Positions 43,716 to 53,763 of a stretch of 64,000 nucleotides of DNA are shown in pieces. The stretch is from positions 64,856-128,855 of the forward strand of contig CAYRWR010000006.1 in the NCBI GenBank assembly GCA_964428015.1, written 5' to 3'. How positions within the stretch are numbered: the stretch's first letter is position 1; every line of letters begins with the position of its first letter. The notes below the pieces were generated by a model. That model saw only the letters and a program-made list of their open reading frames with translations. It had not been told where the DNA came from and did not search any database. The position numbers and the translations under genes are program-made. This stretch comes from an uncultured Brevinematales bacterium. Lineage in GTDB: Bacteria; Spirochaetota; Brevinematia; Brevinematales; CAYRWR01.

Positions 43716-45545
43716 TTATTTTCCCGTCTGTTTTTTCTTAAAACTCATTCCCATGATATCTTTAAAATAAAAGTCAATGAGTTTAGCTGCTACCGGTGCT
43801 GCCGCGCTGGAACCATGTCCTCCATGCTCCACCACAACCGTAACAGCTATAACATTATCCAGGTTGGGGTCGCCATAAGGGGCATAGGCAGTGAAAAGGG
43901 CATGATCGTCTTTGGTGAGACCGGCCTGGCCTGTACCTGTCTTACCGCCCATAGGGACATCGGTGAGGTATTTCAGCCAGCTGGCGGTACCGTACTCCAG
44001 CACCTGATGCATACCTTCTTTTACCATTTCAAAATTTTCTTTTGACATAGTGATCTTGCGGAGTACTTCCGGAGACTTGGTCCAGACTATTTTTCGATTC
44101 AACGGGTCCAGTTTATTTTTAAGTAAAAATGGTTTGTATACAGTTCCGTCATTCACGATGGTAGCGGTCATTACATTCAATCCCAGGGGTGTAACCAGAA
44201 GGTCACCCTGGCCTATGGAAATATTGGCGGTGTCACCTAGTGACCAGGGCCTTTTATGAGTCTTTTTGAACCAGTCCATCTCGGGGAGCAGACCGGTTTT
44301 TTCATTAGGCAGGTCGATCTGGGATTTTACATTCAGGCCATAGAGACGGGCCATCTGCATGATCCTTTCCCGTCCCAGACTGGAATGTATCCCTATACTG
44401 TAAAAGAAAACATCACAGGAACGGGCAATGGCATCAATAAAACTGACATTGTGATGTACGCTCCAGCAGCCGAATTTCCGCTTTCCTATAAAAGTGTAAC
44501 CCGGACAATTATAATGAACCTGGGAAGGATTACCGGCGTTCAGATAAGCGGAAGCAGTCACCAGTTTAAAGGTGGAAGCAGGGGGATAGGTACCCTGGAG
44601 TGCCCGATCCAGAAAAGGTTTATTGATATCATTTTTCAGCAGGAAAAATTCCTCTTCGCTGAATCTGTCGGTAAAGACATTGGGGTCAAAGCCGGGAGTG
44701 GATACCAGGGTCAGAATCTCTCCTGTAGCAGGTTTGGAAATGACTACGGCCCCTTTGTAATTTTGTTCAGCCATCAGCTCATAAGCATAATCCTGCAGCT
44801 GCTTATGTATAGTCAACACCAGGGGAGGCCCAGGGACAGCTTCTGTGACATTAGTTTCCCACATCACCGTACCCACCGCGTCCACGGTACGCTGCTTTAT
44901 ACCTTCCTGCCCGCGAATGATCTCATCATAATATTTTTCAATACCTTTCTTGCCCAGAATAGTACCGGAGTGATATTCCCGGTGTTCTTTCATTTTTTCC
45001 AGTTCTTCCTTGCTGATGATACCGGTATAACCTATGACATGCGAAGCTTTCTCACGGGAAGGATACACTCTGCGGGGACGGTTATCCCATAATACACCGG
45101 GATAGAGATCTGAATGTTCCGCCAGCCTGACCAGTGTTTTGGAATCGATATCGTATTTCAGGATGACCGGAGTGTATTTGTCCAGGGCCAGTTCTTCCAG
45201 GGTCAGTTTGATTTTATCCAGAGGCATATTGATTACCAGAGACAGGTTGGACAGGACCTGTTCTTTTTTATCTTCTTCCTTGGGAAGGTTGGCAGGTATG
45301 ACAATAATGGACAGAGACTTACGATTATAAGCCAGTTTATTGTTCATCGTACGATCCAGGAGCACGGAACGGTAGGCCGGTATCCTGATGGGTTGGAGTT
45401 TATTACTTTCTGATTCTCTATAGTAATCTTTTCCTTTGATGATCTGAAGATAAAATAATCTGAAAAACATCAGGAGGGAGAAACTGTAAATAATGATATT
45501 TATAATCAAAAGCCTGGTTTTGGCTTTCTGGGTCATTTCCAGCAT
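43716..45545 (-). CDS. mrdA: Penicillin-binding protein 2 (elongasome transpeptidase)
   Basis: 609 aa. N-terminal TM helix. SxxK motif PASTFKLVTA. SxD motif ARSCDVFF. KTG motif GGKTGTGQ. Confidence 0.93.
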   Translation of the reverse strand: MLEMTQKAKTRLLIINIIIYSFSLLMFFRLFYLQIIKGKDYYRESESNKLQPIRIPAYRSVLLDRTMNNKLAYNRKSLSIIVIPANLPKEEDKKEQVLSNLSLVINMPLDKIKLTLEELALDKYTPVILKYDIDSKTLVRLAEHSDLYPGVLWDNRPRRVYPSREKASHVIGYTGIISKEELEKMKEHREYHSGTILGKKGIEKYYDEIIRGQEGIKQRTVDAVGTVMWETNVTEAVPGPPLVLTIHKQLQDYAYELMAEQNYKGAVVISKPATGEILTLVSTPGFDPNVFTDRFSEEEFFLLKNDINKPFLDRALQGTYPPASTFKLVTASAYLNAGNPSQVHYNCPGYTFIGKRKFGCWSVHHNVSFIDAIARSCDVFFYSIGIHSSLGRERIMQMARLYGLNVKSQIDLPNEKTGLLPEMDWFKKTHKRPWSLGDTANISIGQGDLLVTPLGLNVMTATIVNDGTVYKPFLLKNKLDPLNRKIVWTKSPEVLRKITMSKENFEMVKEGMHQVLEYGTASWLKYLTDVPMGGKTGTGQAGLTKDDHALFTAYAPYGDPNLDNVIAVTVVVEHGGHGSSAAAPVAAKLIDFYFKDIMGMSFKKKQTGK

Positions 45546-45557
45546 ATAGCAGGACTC

Positions 45558-47540
45558 CTAAATCAGGTTCTGGGGGTCGATGTCCAGTTCCAGGAACAAA
45601 TAGGCCGAAAGCTTATGTTTTTGAAAAAAATCCTTGACTCCAGCCAGCATATGGTTGATCCTCTGGATATTCATGGATTTTAATATTATATGATATCGAT
45701 ATTGATTATTCAACTTTTCCATGGGGCAGCTGACCGGCCCCAGAATTTCCAGCTCTTCTTTATGTCCTTTATAGGGAGTCAGGAAATTTTTCAGGTTTTC
45801 TGAGAATTCCATGACCTGCTCCAATTTCACCCCCCTGACCACAGCTCTGCCTAACCGGGTAAAGGGCGGATACCTGAATTGGCGGCGCTTTTCCATTTCC
45901 AGCTTGTAGAAACCTTTAAAGTCCTGATGTGAAGCCATAGTGATAGCATAATGTTCGGGCATGTAGGTCTGAATCACGGCCTTACCCTGTAGCTCTCTCC
46001 TGCCCGCCCGGCCGATCACCTGTGTAAGCAGAATAAAGGTGCGTTCCGCGCTCCTGAAATCAGGGATATTAAGGATGATGTCAGGTAAAATGGCCCCTAC
46101 CAGATTGATCCCGGCGATATCATGCCCTTTGGCTATCATCTGAGTACCCACCAGGATATCAATTTTCCCTTTCTTCAAATCACTGAGTATTTCTTCATAC
46201 TGGTATTTTCCCCGAGTGGTGTCCAGGTCCATGCGGGCTACCCGGGCCTGGGGGAACAATTCCGATATATGGGATTCCAGACGCTCTGTGCCGCTGCCCA
46301 TTTCTTTAAAAGCTATGTTCTGGCATTGAGGACAGGAGTGGGGGATGCCCGACTGATAACCGCAATGATGGCACTTGAGCAGCTGTTTTTGCTTGTGGAG
46401 AGTCAGAGACACATCACAGTTGGGGCACTGTGCTACATAGCCGCATTCCTGGCAGAGCAATACCGGGGAAAAACCTCTGCGATTCAGGAAAAGGAGGGTC
46501 TGCTGACCGGCCTGCATGGCCTGAATGACCTCCAAAAAAAGTTTTTGTGAAAAAAGAGTGTTTCCTTTCTCTTCTGCTCTGAGGTCCAGGATCTCAACCT
46601 GCGGTATCCGGCTGGTCCCGAATCTCTGTTGCAGCTCTATCAGTTTCATTTTTCCGGTTTGAGCATGATAATAACTTTCCAGCTGGGGAGTGGCTGACCC
46701 CAGGACCAGTGCCGCGTTTTCCTGTTTACAGCGGAAGAACGCTACCTGCCGGGCATGATAGCGGGGTTTGTTGCCTGATTTGTAGGAGGATTCATGTTCT
46801 TCATCAATGATGATCAGTCCCAGGTCTTTCATGGGGAGAAAAATCGCGGAACGAGGGCCGATCAAAACCTGGGCTTCTCCTCTTTGGCATCTCTTCCATT
46901 CTCCCAGCCTTTCTCCGGGGGACAGTTTGCTATGATAGACAGCAACTTTATCTCCGAAGCTATTATAAAACCTTTCCAGAGTTTGAGGAGTCAGTGCTAT
47001 TTCCGGGATTAATATGATCACCGTTTTATTCATTGCCAGACAGGAGCGGACCAGGTGTTTATATACTTCGGTCTTACCGGAACCTGTGATTCCATGGAGG
47101 TAATAAGCGCTGTTTGTACCCAAGCCCGGGAGAATTTGTTCATAGGCTGATTGCTGCTCCTGATTTAATCGGGCTAATGTATCATGGAATACAAAGGGTA
47201 GGGGAAAGTAGCGGGGATTACGTGCTGCCGGGAGAATGGTGAACAGAGCCTCTCCCAATGAACAGAGATAATAATCACGCAGCCATTCAGCCAACTGATA
47301 GAGTCTTTCATCCAGGACAGGCTCATTATCCAGAACTTTTTCTACGGGTTTAAGCTTGATCCCCTGTAGCTGTTCTCCCACATCACGGTCTTCATGAATG
47401 GCTAGAGCCAATGCCATCATTTTTCTTCCGCCAAAGTTAACCTGAAGCCGATAAAATCTATCCAGATCCATGCCTTCAGGAATGGTATAATGGAAATTCT
47501 TTTCCAAGGGGACATTGAGTACAACTTCTACCAGGAGCAT
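45558..47540 (-). CDS. priA: Primosomal replication-restart helicase PriA
   Basis: 660 aa. Walker A GITGSGKTEVY. DEEH box IIIDEEHESSYK. Cys-rich zinc region CQECGYVAQCPNCDVSLTLH...CHHCGY...CPQC. Confidence 0.95.
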   Translation of the reverse strand: MLLVEVVLNVPLEKNFHYTIPEGMDLDRFYRLQVNFGGRKMMALALAIHEDRDVGEQLQGIKLKPVEKVLDNEPVLDERLYQLAEWLRDYYLCSLGEALFTILPAARNPRYFPLPFVFHDTLARLNQEQQSAYEQILPGLGTNSAYYLHGITGSGKTEVYKHLVRSCLAMNKTVIILIPEIALTPQTLERFYNSFGDKVAVYHSKLSPGERLGEWKRCQRGEAQVLIGPRSAIFLPMKDLGLIIIDEEHESSYKSGNKPRYHARQVAFFRCKQENAALVLGSATPQLESYYHAQTGKMKLIELQQRFGTSRIPQVEILDLRAEEKGNTLFSQKLFLEVIQAMQAGQQTLLFLNRRGFSPVLLCQECGYVAQCPNCDVSLTLHKQKQLLKCHHCGYQSGIPHSCPQCQNIAFKEMGSGTERLESHISELFPQARVARMDLDTTRGKYQYEEILSDLKKGKIDILVGTQMIAKGHDIAGINLVGAILPDIILNIPDFRSAERTFILLTQVIGRAGRRELQGKAVIQTYMPEHYAITMASHQDFKGFYKLEMEKRRQFRYPPFTRLGRAVVRGVKLEQVMEFSENLKNFLTPYKGHKEELEILGPVSCPMEKLNNQYRYHIILKSMNIQRINHMLAGVKDFFQKHKLSAYLFLELDIDPQNLI

Positions 47541-47625
47541 AATTCAGACCGGTTAAAATCCAGTTTTTTCATAGAAACCAGATCAATATAAAAGCAGATG
47601 CCGGGGAAATAGATCGGAGCGAGGT

Positions 47626-48237
47626 TCAATTTGTACCAGCCAGAAGATGTTCCAGAGTAGCGGTAATCTGCTGGAGGGCACGGGAGCGGTGGGATATTTT
47701 ATTCTTGGCATCCAGATCGATTTCGGCAAAGGTCTGGCTGTAATGATAAAATTCAGGCAGAAAGATAGGATCATATCCAAATCCCTGGATACCTCTGGGA
47801 GCAAAAGCAATTGATCCTGAACATATACCCTGAGCACTGTGGATGGAGCTGTCTGGACTAATCAGCACCATCATACATACAAACCGGGCTGTTCGCTGAT
47901 TAAACGGTACACCTTCCAGAGCTTTGAGTAGTTTGTTTATTAGCTGTTCCTGGGTACTGTCCGGACCGGCATAACGGGCGGAATATATACCTGGTTCCCC
48001 GTTTAATGCGTCCACTTCCAGCCCTGAATCATCGGACAGTACAAAAGCATCTGGATATAATTTGCGAATGGCCTGAGCTTTGATCAATGCGTTCTGATAA
48101 AAACTGGAACCGGTTTCTTCTATATCTTCAGTAAACCCAATTTCCCGCAGGCCTGAAATGATTAATTCAGGATGGTTTAACAGAGAACGAATTTCTTTGA
48201 TTTTCCCTTGGTTATTACTGGCGATTATAAGTTTCAA
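47626..48237 (-). CDS. rdgB: Non-canonical purine NTP pyrophosphatase (RdgB/HAM1 family)
   Basis: 203 aa. IIASNNQGKIKEI, EETGSSFYQNALIKA, GFGYDPIF, SHRSRAL. Confidence 0.93.
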   Translation of the reverse strand: MKLIIASNNQGKIKEIRSLLNHPELIISGLREIGFTEDIEETGSSFYQNALIKAQAIRKLYPDAFVLSDDSGLEVDALNGEPGIYSARYAGPDSTQEQLINKLLKALEGVPFNQRTARFVCMMVLISPDSSIHSAQGICSGSIAFAPRGIQGFGYDPIFLPEFYHYSQTFAEIDLDAKNKISHRSRALQQITATLEHLLAGTN

Positions 48238-48409
48238 TGATTTCCCCTCAAAATGACTAAGTTATTTTATCGGGTTAAGGTTGAAGTGTCAAACAAAAAA
48301 AGAAGTAAATAATGGTTTACTTTTTTAAATTAATTTATATAATATATAGTGACGATAAACAACTAGTGAAAAATACGTTTTTTATTAACAGTATGTAAAA
48401 GGGGATGAT

Positions 48410-49741
48410 ATGGCACAATTGCGTGAATTCTCAAGTATGTATTATAATCCGAAAAAAAATCCGGATATATCCAAATTATGTTGTCCTCCTTACAATAAAA
48501 TCGATAGTTCCAAGAAGAAGGAACTTTATGATTCAGACCCCTATAATTATGTCAATCTGGTTTTACCTGAAGGTGATTCTCAGGAAAAATATCGAAATTC
48601 TATTAAACGTATTTTCAGTTGGCTGCTTAGAGACGTGATGTTAATTGATGAAAAGCCCTCTATGTATCTGTACGAACACAATTTTAAAATGGATGGGGTT
48701 AATCAGGTTCGTTACGGGATTACCACTTTGGTAAAGCTGGAAGAAGATCCACAGAAAATTAAAATATCCGAAAGATCCCACAGTCAGGGTGTAGAAGACA
48801 GATACAATCTCCTAAAAGAGACAGAGACTCATCTGGAAAGTGTACTTTTCGCCTGCAATGATTCTCAAAACCAGCTCTTAGCTTTGCTGAAACAGATTCC
48901 TGAAAAATCAACAGTCATGCAGGAAGTCAAAGATCAATATGCAAATATTCACCGTATTTATCGTATTGAAGACGAAAGTATAGTAAATAATATCAAATCC
49001 TTCACCGGTGATAAGACATTTTATCTGCTGGAAGGGGTTCACAAATATCAGGCAGCACTTCAGTATAGAAAATCTGTGGCAAATGCCCCCCAGGTAATAG
49101 ATGGAACCAGATCGGATGATTATATCCTGGGTACTATTGTAGTCATGCAGGACACAACTCTTAAGACTCTTCCAGCTAATGTGAATTTGCGGGAAACAGG
49201 CATGTCAGGTGTAGCCTTTTTAAAAGGCCTCGAAAAGAATTTTAAAATGGGTGCTATGGCTTTTGAAGATGAACGCATGGAAAGAGCAGCCCGTGTAAAG
49301 CTAAGAAAAATGATGATGGAAAATAAGGCTAGAGGGATTTTGTCTTTGGGTGTATACATCAAAGAAGTCCCGGGTAAATACTTTATTCTGTCAGTAACTC
49401 CAGAAGCTTTGACTCAGATTAAAGCCGGAATAGGTGGGAGTGAGATAAAAAAATCCCAGGATATTTTTTATTGGGAAAAGCTGATCATTCAGGATGCTTT
49501 AAAGCTTAAAATGGAAGATGAGAATAAAATTTCCATGGTGAGGGGCGATAATACCGCATTGGAAGCGGTAAAATCAGGAGAATTTGATATTGCTTTGATT
49601 ATAAATCCTATAAAAGTTATGGATGTCATTCGTATTGCCGATAATAACGAACAGATTCCTCATTTATCGGCCGATTTTTATCCCAGTCTTCTGGGAGGTT
49701 TGTTGGCTTATTCCCTTAAATATTCAAAAATAAAGGGTTGA
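48410..49741 (+). CDS. DUF1015 family protein
   Basis: 443 aa. The N-terminal pattern ...YYNPKK...CCPPYNKIDSSKKKELYDSDPYNYVNLVLPEG matches the DUF1015 signature (PPYD.I / lilP). Confidence 0.75.
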   Translation: MAQLREFSSMYYNPKKNPDISKLCCPPYNKIDSSKKKELYDSDPYNYVNLVLPEGDSQEKYRNSIKRIFSWLLRDVMLIDEKPSMYLYEHNFKMDGVNQVRYGITTLVKLEEDPQKIKISERSHSQGVEDRYNLLKETETHLESVLFACNDSQNQLLALLKQIPEKSTVMQEVKDQYANIHRIYRIEDESIVNNIKSFTGDKTFYLLEGVHKYQAALQYRKSVANAPQVIDGTRSDDYILGTIVVMQDTTLKTLPANVNLRETGMSGVAFLKGLEKNFKMGAMAFEDERMERAARVKLRKMMMENKARGILSLGVYIKEVPGKYFILSVTPEALTQIKAGIGGSEIKKSQDIFYWEKLIIQDALKLKMEDENKISMVRGDNTALEAVKSGEFDIALIINPIKVMDVIRIADNNEQIPHLSADFYPSLLGGLLAYSLKYSKIKG

Positions 49742-49766
49742 GAGTGAGGTTTCCAAGGAGGGAAGC

Positions 49767-50627
49767 ATGCGGGTACTCGCTCTTATCTTTATAACTTTTA
49801 TCTTAATGGGTTGTGATAATTTTCTGGGTAAAAACCAGGACAAAAAACAGAATAATCAAAATGATGTCATTGTGGATGTCATCCCTGATTCCATTCTCAA
49901 AAACGCCAATATAGAAACTAATGATACTGAAATAGATGTCATGGAGGATGTTTCCAATCTGGGAAATACTGAGATCATTATGCCCAATAATGATCAGAAA
50001 TCAGTAAAAAATGACACAAAAACGGAAAAAGATATTCCTCATGTCAGTGAAGTAGTTTCAGATCAAAAAATGCCCAAACAACAAGAAAAAAACACAGAAA
50101 CCATAGATATGGAAATGAACCCGATTTCAGTGGTAGAAAAAAAGAAGACCCAGAGCATTCAGTATAATAATGAAATCAATACTCCGGTGACTGAAAGTAA
50201 AATTATAGAACCAAAGAATATCTCTATGCCGGTCAGTACTCATAACGGCAGTCTGATTATAGTCGGAAATGACAGGATTGGACAGTCTGTATCTCCCAGA
50301 AAATACATACAGCAGTCATTCGCAGTGTTTGAAAAGAATAAATACGCGGTTTACATTGAGTTTCAGGTATATGCAGTCCCCACCAGCAGCAGATTGAGAA
50401 GATCAGCATATTATCTCCTGGGATATAATAAATTTGCCAGGCTGATTAATCATCAGGCGCAATTTACCAGATTCTGGAATGGTAAAAATACCAAAGGGCA
50501 GTTTTTACCTAAAGGCAAATATAATATTTATCTATATTATAAAGTAAAAAATTCTCAGGGTAAGATAATACAGACTGGCGGAAGATATTGGGGCAACAGC
50601 AGAAAATATTATGTGCAGTTATATTAA
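49767..50627 (+). CDS. Hypothetical lipoprotein
   Basis: 286 aa. AAGGAGGG RBS. Lipobox FILMGC. Low-complexity N-terminal half and a beta-rich C-terminal domain. Confidence 0.65.
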   Translation: MRVLALIFITFILMGCDNFLGKNQDKKQNNQNDVIVDVIPDSILKNANIETNDTEIDVMEDVSNLGNTEIIMPNNDQKSVKNDTKTEKDIPHVSEVVSDQKMPKQQEKNTETIDMEMNPISVVEKKKTQSIQYNNEINTPVTESKIIEPKNISMPVSTHNGSLIIVGNDRIGQSVSPRKYIQQSFAVFEKNKYAVYIEFQVYAVPTSSRLRRSAYYLLGYNKFARLINHQAQFTRFWNGKNTKGQFLPKGKYNIYLYYKVKNSQGKIIQTGGRYWGNSRKYYVQLY

Positions 50628-50740
50628 GATTTAGCTATTATCTTGCCGATTGGATATAAAGATAACTTTTTTTAGTTGATTAAAAATAAATATCATTTTA
50701 TTATAATTAAATAGAGAGATAAATTTAGAGGAATAGTTTG

Positions 50741-51112
50741 ATGACCATTAACCTGCTGAAGTCCAAGATACACCGTGCTGTGGTAACTGAGACTGCACTG
50801 GACTATGTAGGAAGTGTGACCATAGATGAAGACCTGATGAAGGCGGCTAAAATATTCCATTTTGAAATGGTGCATATATGGAATATAACTAATGGGTCCA
50901 GGATGGTCACATATGCCATTCCCGGTGAAAGCGGGAGCGGTGTGATATGCCTAAATGGGGCGGCAGCACACCTTCACCAAATTGGTGACAAAGTGATAAT
51001 TGCTTCTTTTGCCAATGTGGAAGAAGCCGAGGCAGAAGGGTTTGTCCCTGAAATTGTTGTAGTAGACCAAAATAACAAAATAGAACAGGTCATAAAGAGC
51101 AAAAAGTTCTAA
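50741..51112 (+). CDS. panD: Aspartate 1-decarboxylase (pyruvoyl-dependent)
   Basis: [28 protein letters not shown] carries the G|S self-cleavage site. [10 protein letters not shown]. The start is the ATG at 50741, after AGAGGAA. Confidence 0.93.
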   Translation: MTINLLKSKIHRAVVTETALDYVGSVTIDEDLMKAAKIFHFEMVHIWNITNGSRMVTYAIPGESGSGVICLNGAAAHLHQIGDKVIIASFANVEEAEAEGFVPEIVVVDQNNKIEQVIKSKKF

Positions 51113-51122
51113 GGAGAGGAAA

Positions 51123-51923
51123 ATGAAATACAGAGGAAGTACAGTCTTTGGCATCATCGTTTTTATGGCTCTAATATTATTAAATGCTCGCCCTTTGTTC
51201 TCGTTTGGGTTCAGTTCAGATGATAAAGATACAGTAAATCTCCAGACTTTTGTAGTCTCTGACTTTGGTGATGATACTGACAAAGAGCTTAAAATGATCT
51301 GGAAAGCAAATTTTTCCAGATTTGCCAAACCCAAAGATCCTACACAGGTGATGAGTGAACCTGATCCGGAAGCTTGTAACATAAAATATGTGGAAGCAAA
51401 ACCTTTAGGATTACCTAATCTGGTAGATGCCAAACAAAAATATGCTTTAGGTGTAAAAGCACAATTTTTGAAGAAGTCCTACAACTGGATTGAACTTATA
51501 CCATATACATCAGATTCCGGATTTAGCGGATCTGCACCTGATCCTAATGCACAGGGAACAGCACATCCCCTGGAATTGATCGGAGTGATTAAGAGTCTGG
51601 ATATGTGGGTATGGGGTGGAAATTATAACTATTGGATAGAGTTCTATCTTCAGGATTTCAAGGGTTACCTGCATAGATTATCAGCAGGAGATATTGCATT
51701 TGTCGGATGGAAAAACATGCGCACTAAGATTCCCGATTACATACCTCAAGCCGAGCATCATGTGCCATTCATGAAACCCCTTAAATTGGAAATGATCAAA
51801 CTATGGTCTTATCCCACCGAAAGAGTAGATCAGTTTTATGCTTACTTTGACTATATGCAGGTACAGACCGACGTTTACCAGGAAAGATTTAATGGTGACG
51901 ATCTGGCTGTTCAAAAATGGTAA
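51123..51923 (+). CDS. flaA: Flagellar filament outer-layer (sheath) protein FlaA, paralogue 1
   Basis: 266 aa with a signal peptide. YALGVKAQFLKKSYNWIELIP and GVIKSLDMWVWGGNYNYWIEFYLQDFKGYLHRLSAGDIAFVGWKNMRTKIPDYIPQ parallel the spirochaetal FlaA pattern (VLGVRV.F / G.LKSI.V...G.NYPH......D..G.......G.L.F..WK.L.W..P.YI). Confidence 0.82.
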   Translation: MKYRGSTVFGIIVFMALILLNARPLFSFGFSSDDKDTVNLQTFVVSDFGDDTDKELKMIWKANFSRFAKPKDPTQVMSEPDPEACNIKYVEAKPLGLPNLVDAKQKYALGVKAQFLKKSYNWIELIPYTSDSGFSGSAPDPNAQGTAHPLELIGVIKSLDMWVWGGNYNYWIEFYLQDFKGYLHRLSAGDIAFVGWKNMRTKIPDYIPQAEHHVPFMKPLKLEMIKLWSYPTERVDQFYAYFDYMQVQTDVYQERFNGDDLAVQKW

Positions 51924-51940
51924 AATAGGGGAGGATGTAT

Positions 51941-52660
51941 ATGAAAAGGATTTTAATCTACATAGGAACACTGGTGTTTACATTCACCCTGTCATCCTAT
52001 GCGCAGAACAATACAGTAATCAATCCCAGAGCGGGAGAACTTGAGATTGTCAATACTAATGCCAATCAAACAGCAGACAAGAAAGTGGCAACTGAACTTG
52101 TAAAGACTCTTTTAATTGATGACTTTGAAACACCTGGTGAATGGAGCTCCTTTATGCCAAGAGATTTTGGTGTAACCCGTGCTATGCGTCGTGATGGCGG
52201 ACCCAGCCAGATCCAGAGTGACAAAAACAAATATGTTCTGGGTGTTAAGACAGAATTTATGAAAAGAGAGTGGAGCTGGTTGAGTGTGACTCCCGCGCAA
52301 CCCACAAAAGTGAAAGGTATAACCAAAAGCCTTTCTGTATGGGTGGTAGGTAGAAATTATCGTCATACTTTAAGTTTTGTAATAAAAGATTACCTGGGCC
52401 ATGTAAAATATCTCACTGCTGAAAGAATGATCTGGGTAGGATGGAAACCTGTATCTATAAATATTCCTGATACCATCCAGCAGGAAAACTATAAAATCTC
52501 AGAAGATCGTGGAATTACTTTTGTTGGCTTTAGAATTGATTTTGAACCGGAAGATATGATGGGAAGACCCTATTATATATATTTTGACTACTTGACAGCT
52601 GACACCGATCTGTTTAGTGAACAGAATCAGAATCCGGATGACATGATGGATAGCTGGTAA
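51941..52660 (+). CDS. flaA: Flagellar filament outer-layer (sheath) protein FlaA, paralogue 2
   Basis: The ATG at 51941 lies 6 nt after GGAGG. TLLIDDFETPGEW, YVLGVKTEFMKREWSWLSVTP, GITKSLSVWVVGRNYRHTLSFVIKDYLGHVKYLTAERMIWVGWKPVSINIPD. Confidence 0.82.
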   Translation: MKRILIYIGTLVFTFTLSSYAQNNTVINPRAGELEIVNTNANQTADKKVATELVKTLLIDDFETPGEWSSFMPRDFGVTRAMRRDGGPSQIQSDKNKYVLGVKTEFMKREWSWLSVTPAQPTKVKGITKSLSVWVVGRNYRHTLSFVIKDYLGHVKYLTAERMIWVGWKPVSINIPDTIQQENYKISEDRGITFVGFRIDFEPEDMMGRPYYIYFDYLTADTDLFSEQNQNPDDMMDSW

Positions 52661-52676
52661 AAAAAATATGACATCA

Positions 52677-52716
52677 AACAAAAGGCTAAGGGCTACCTTG
52701 GCCTTTTGTTTTGATA
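52677..52716 (+). terminator. Rho-independent terminator after flaA paralogue 2
   Basis: AACAAAAGGC-t-AAGG-gcta-CCTT-g-GCCTTTTGTT followed by a T-rich tract. Confidence 0.65.
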
Positions 52717-52730
52717 TTTTGGGAATTTTT

Positions 52731-53750
52731 ATGCGGAATAAATGCACAGTATATTTTCCCCTGATGTTAATTTTCTCATCTCTTTTATTGTCTTGTCCTA
52801 AAATTGATATAAAACCAGATGTAATAAACACTCAATCAAAGAAAAACCTGAGACTGGATTATCTATATGAGTTATCAGGACATACTCAATATATATTTTA
52901 TTCAGCTTTCTCCCCGGACAGTAAATATTTGGCATCCGGAGGTGCCGACAGATGTGTTATTATTTGGGATTTAAAGAATACAAATCAGATTAAATGTATA
53001 AAAGAAGAATATGATGAGATATGGGGCATCCCACTTCAATATTCAAAAGATGGTCAATATCTAGTTATCGGTTCATTTGAAACATTAAAAGTATTATCTG
53101 TAAAAGATGACTATAAAATTTTAAGTGCAAAATTTGCGCATCCAAAAGGAATACAGACTTTAGCAATTAGTCCCGATAATAAATATGTAGCGACCGGTGG
53201 AGTTGATGGGAGAATAATTGTTTGGTCACTACCTGATTTATCCAAAATTAAGGAAATTCAGGCACATGCATCGGAAATCTGGAACCTTAAAATTTCTCCT
53301 GATGAGAAATATTTAATAAGCGGAGGTGAAGACACTCTGGCAAAACAGTGGTCTTTCCCGGATTTAAGCTTGATACAAATATTAAGATATCATTCTATGC
53401 CCATTGAATTTGTGGATATATCAAAAGATGGGAGCAAACTTTTACTGGGAAGTGCTGATTCTACTGTTTCTGTATGGAACACCAGGAATTTAAGCAGTCC
53501 GGTAACAATATTAAAAGGGCATATTGGTTCAGTATTGGTAGCGGTCTTTTCCATTGATGGAAAATATGTGTTTTCCGGCGGAGATGATGATGAGTTATAT
53601 GTTTGTGATGCTGAGAATGGGGAAGTAAAAGAACGGTTTCAGGCACATTTTGGCGATGTAATGACAATAGCAGTAAGCGATGATGGCAGATATATTGTGT
53701 CGGGGTCCAGAGATAGACGGCTCAAAATCTGGGCAATAAGATACGAGTAG
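52731..53750 (+). CDS. WD40 beta-propeller lipoprotein
   Basis: The ATG at 52731 lies after the terminator hairpin. MRNKCTVYFPLMLIFSSLLLSC carries a lipobox. At least six clear WD repeats, e.g. GHTQYIFYSAFSPDSKYLASGGADRCVIIWDL, IQTLAISPDNKYVATGGVDGRIIVWSL and GDVMTIAVSDDGRYIVSGSRDRRLKIWAI. Confidence 0.85.
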   Translation: MRNKCTVYFPLMLIFSSLLLSCPKIDIKPDVINTQSKKNLRLDYLYELSGHTQYIFYSAFSPDSKYLASGGADRCVIIWDLKNTNQIKCIKEEYDEIWGIPLQYSKDGQYLVIGSFETLKVLSVKDDYKILSAKFAHPKGIQTLAISPDNKYVATGGVDGRIIVWSLPDLSKIKEIQAHASEIWNLKISPDEKYLISGGEDTLAKQWSFPDLSLIQILRYHSMPIEFVDISKDGSKLLLGSADSTVSVWNTRNLSSPVTILKGHIGSVLVAVFSIDGKYVFSGGDDDELYVCDAENGEVKERFQAHFGDVMTIAVSDDGRYIVSGSRDRRLKIWAIRYE

Positions 53751-53763
53751 AATTGGGGCAGGT

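Noticed and set aside
47583-47837. 84-aa ORF overlapping the 3' end of rdgB on the same strand.
   Set aside because: It is an alternative frame of a gene with clear RdgB/HAM1 motifs. It has no RBS and no recognisable product.
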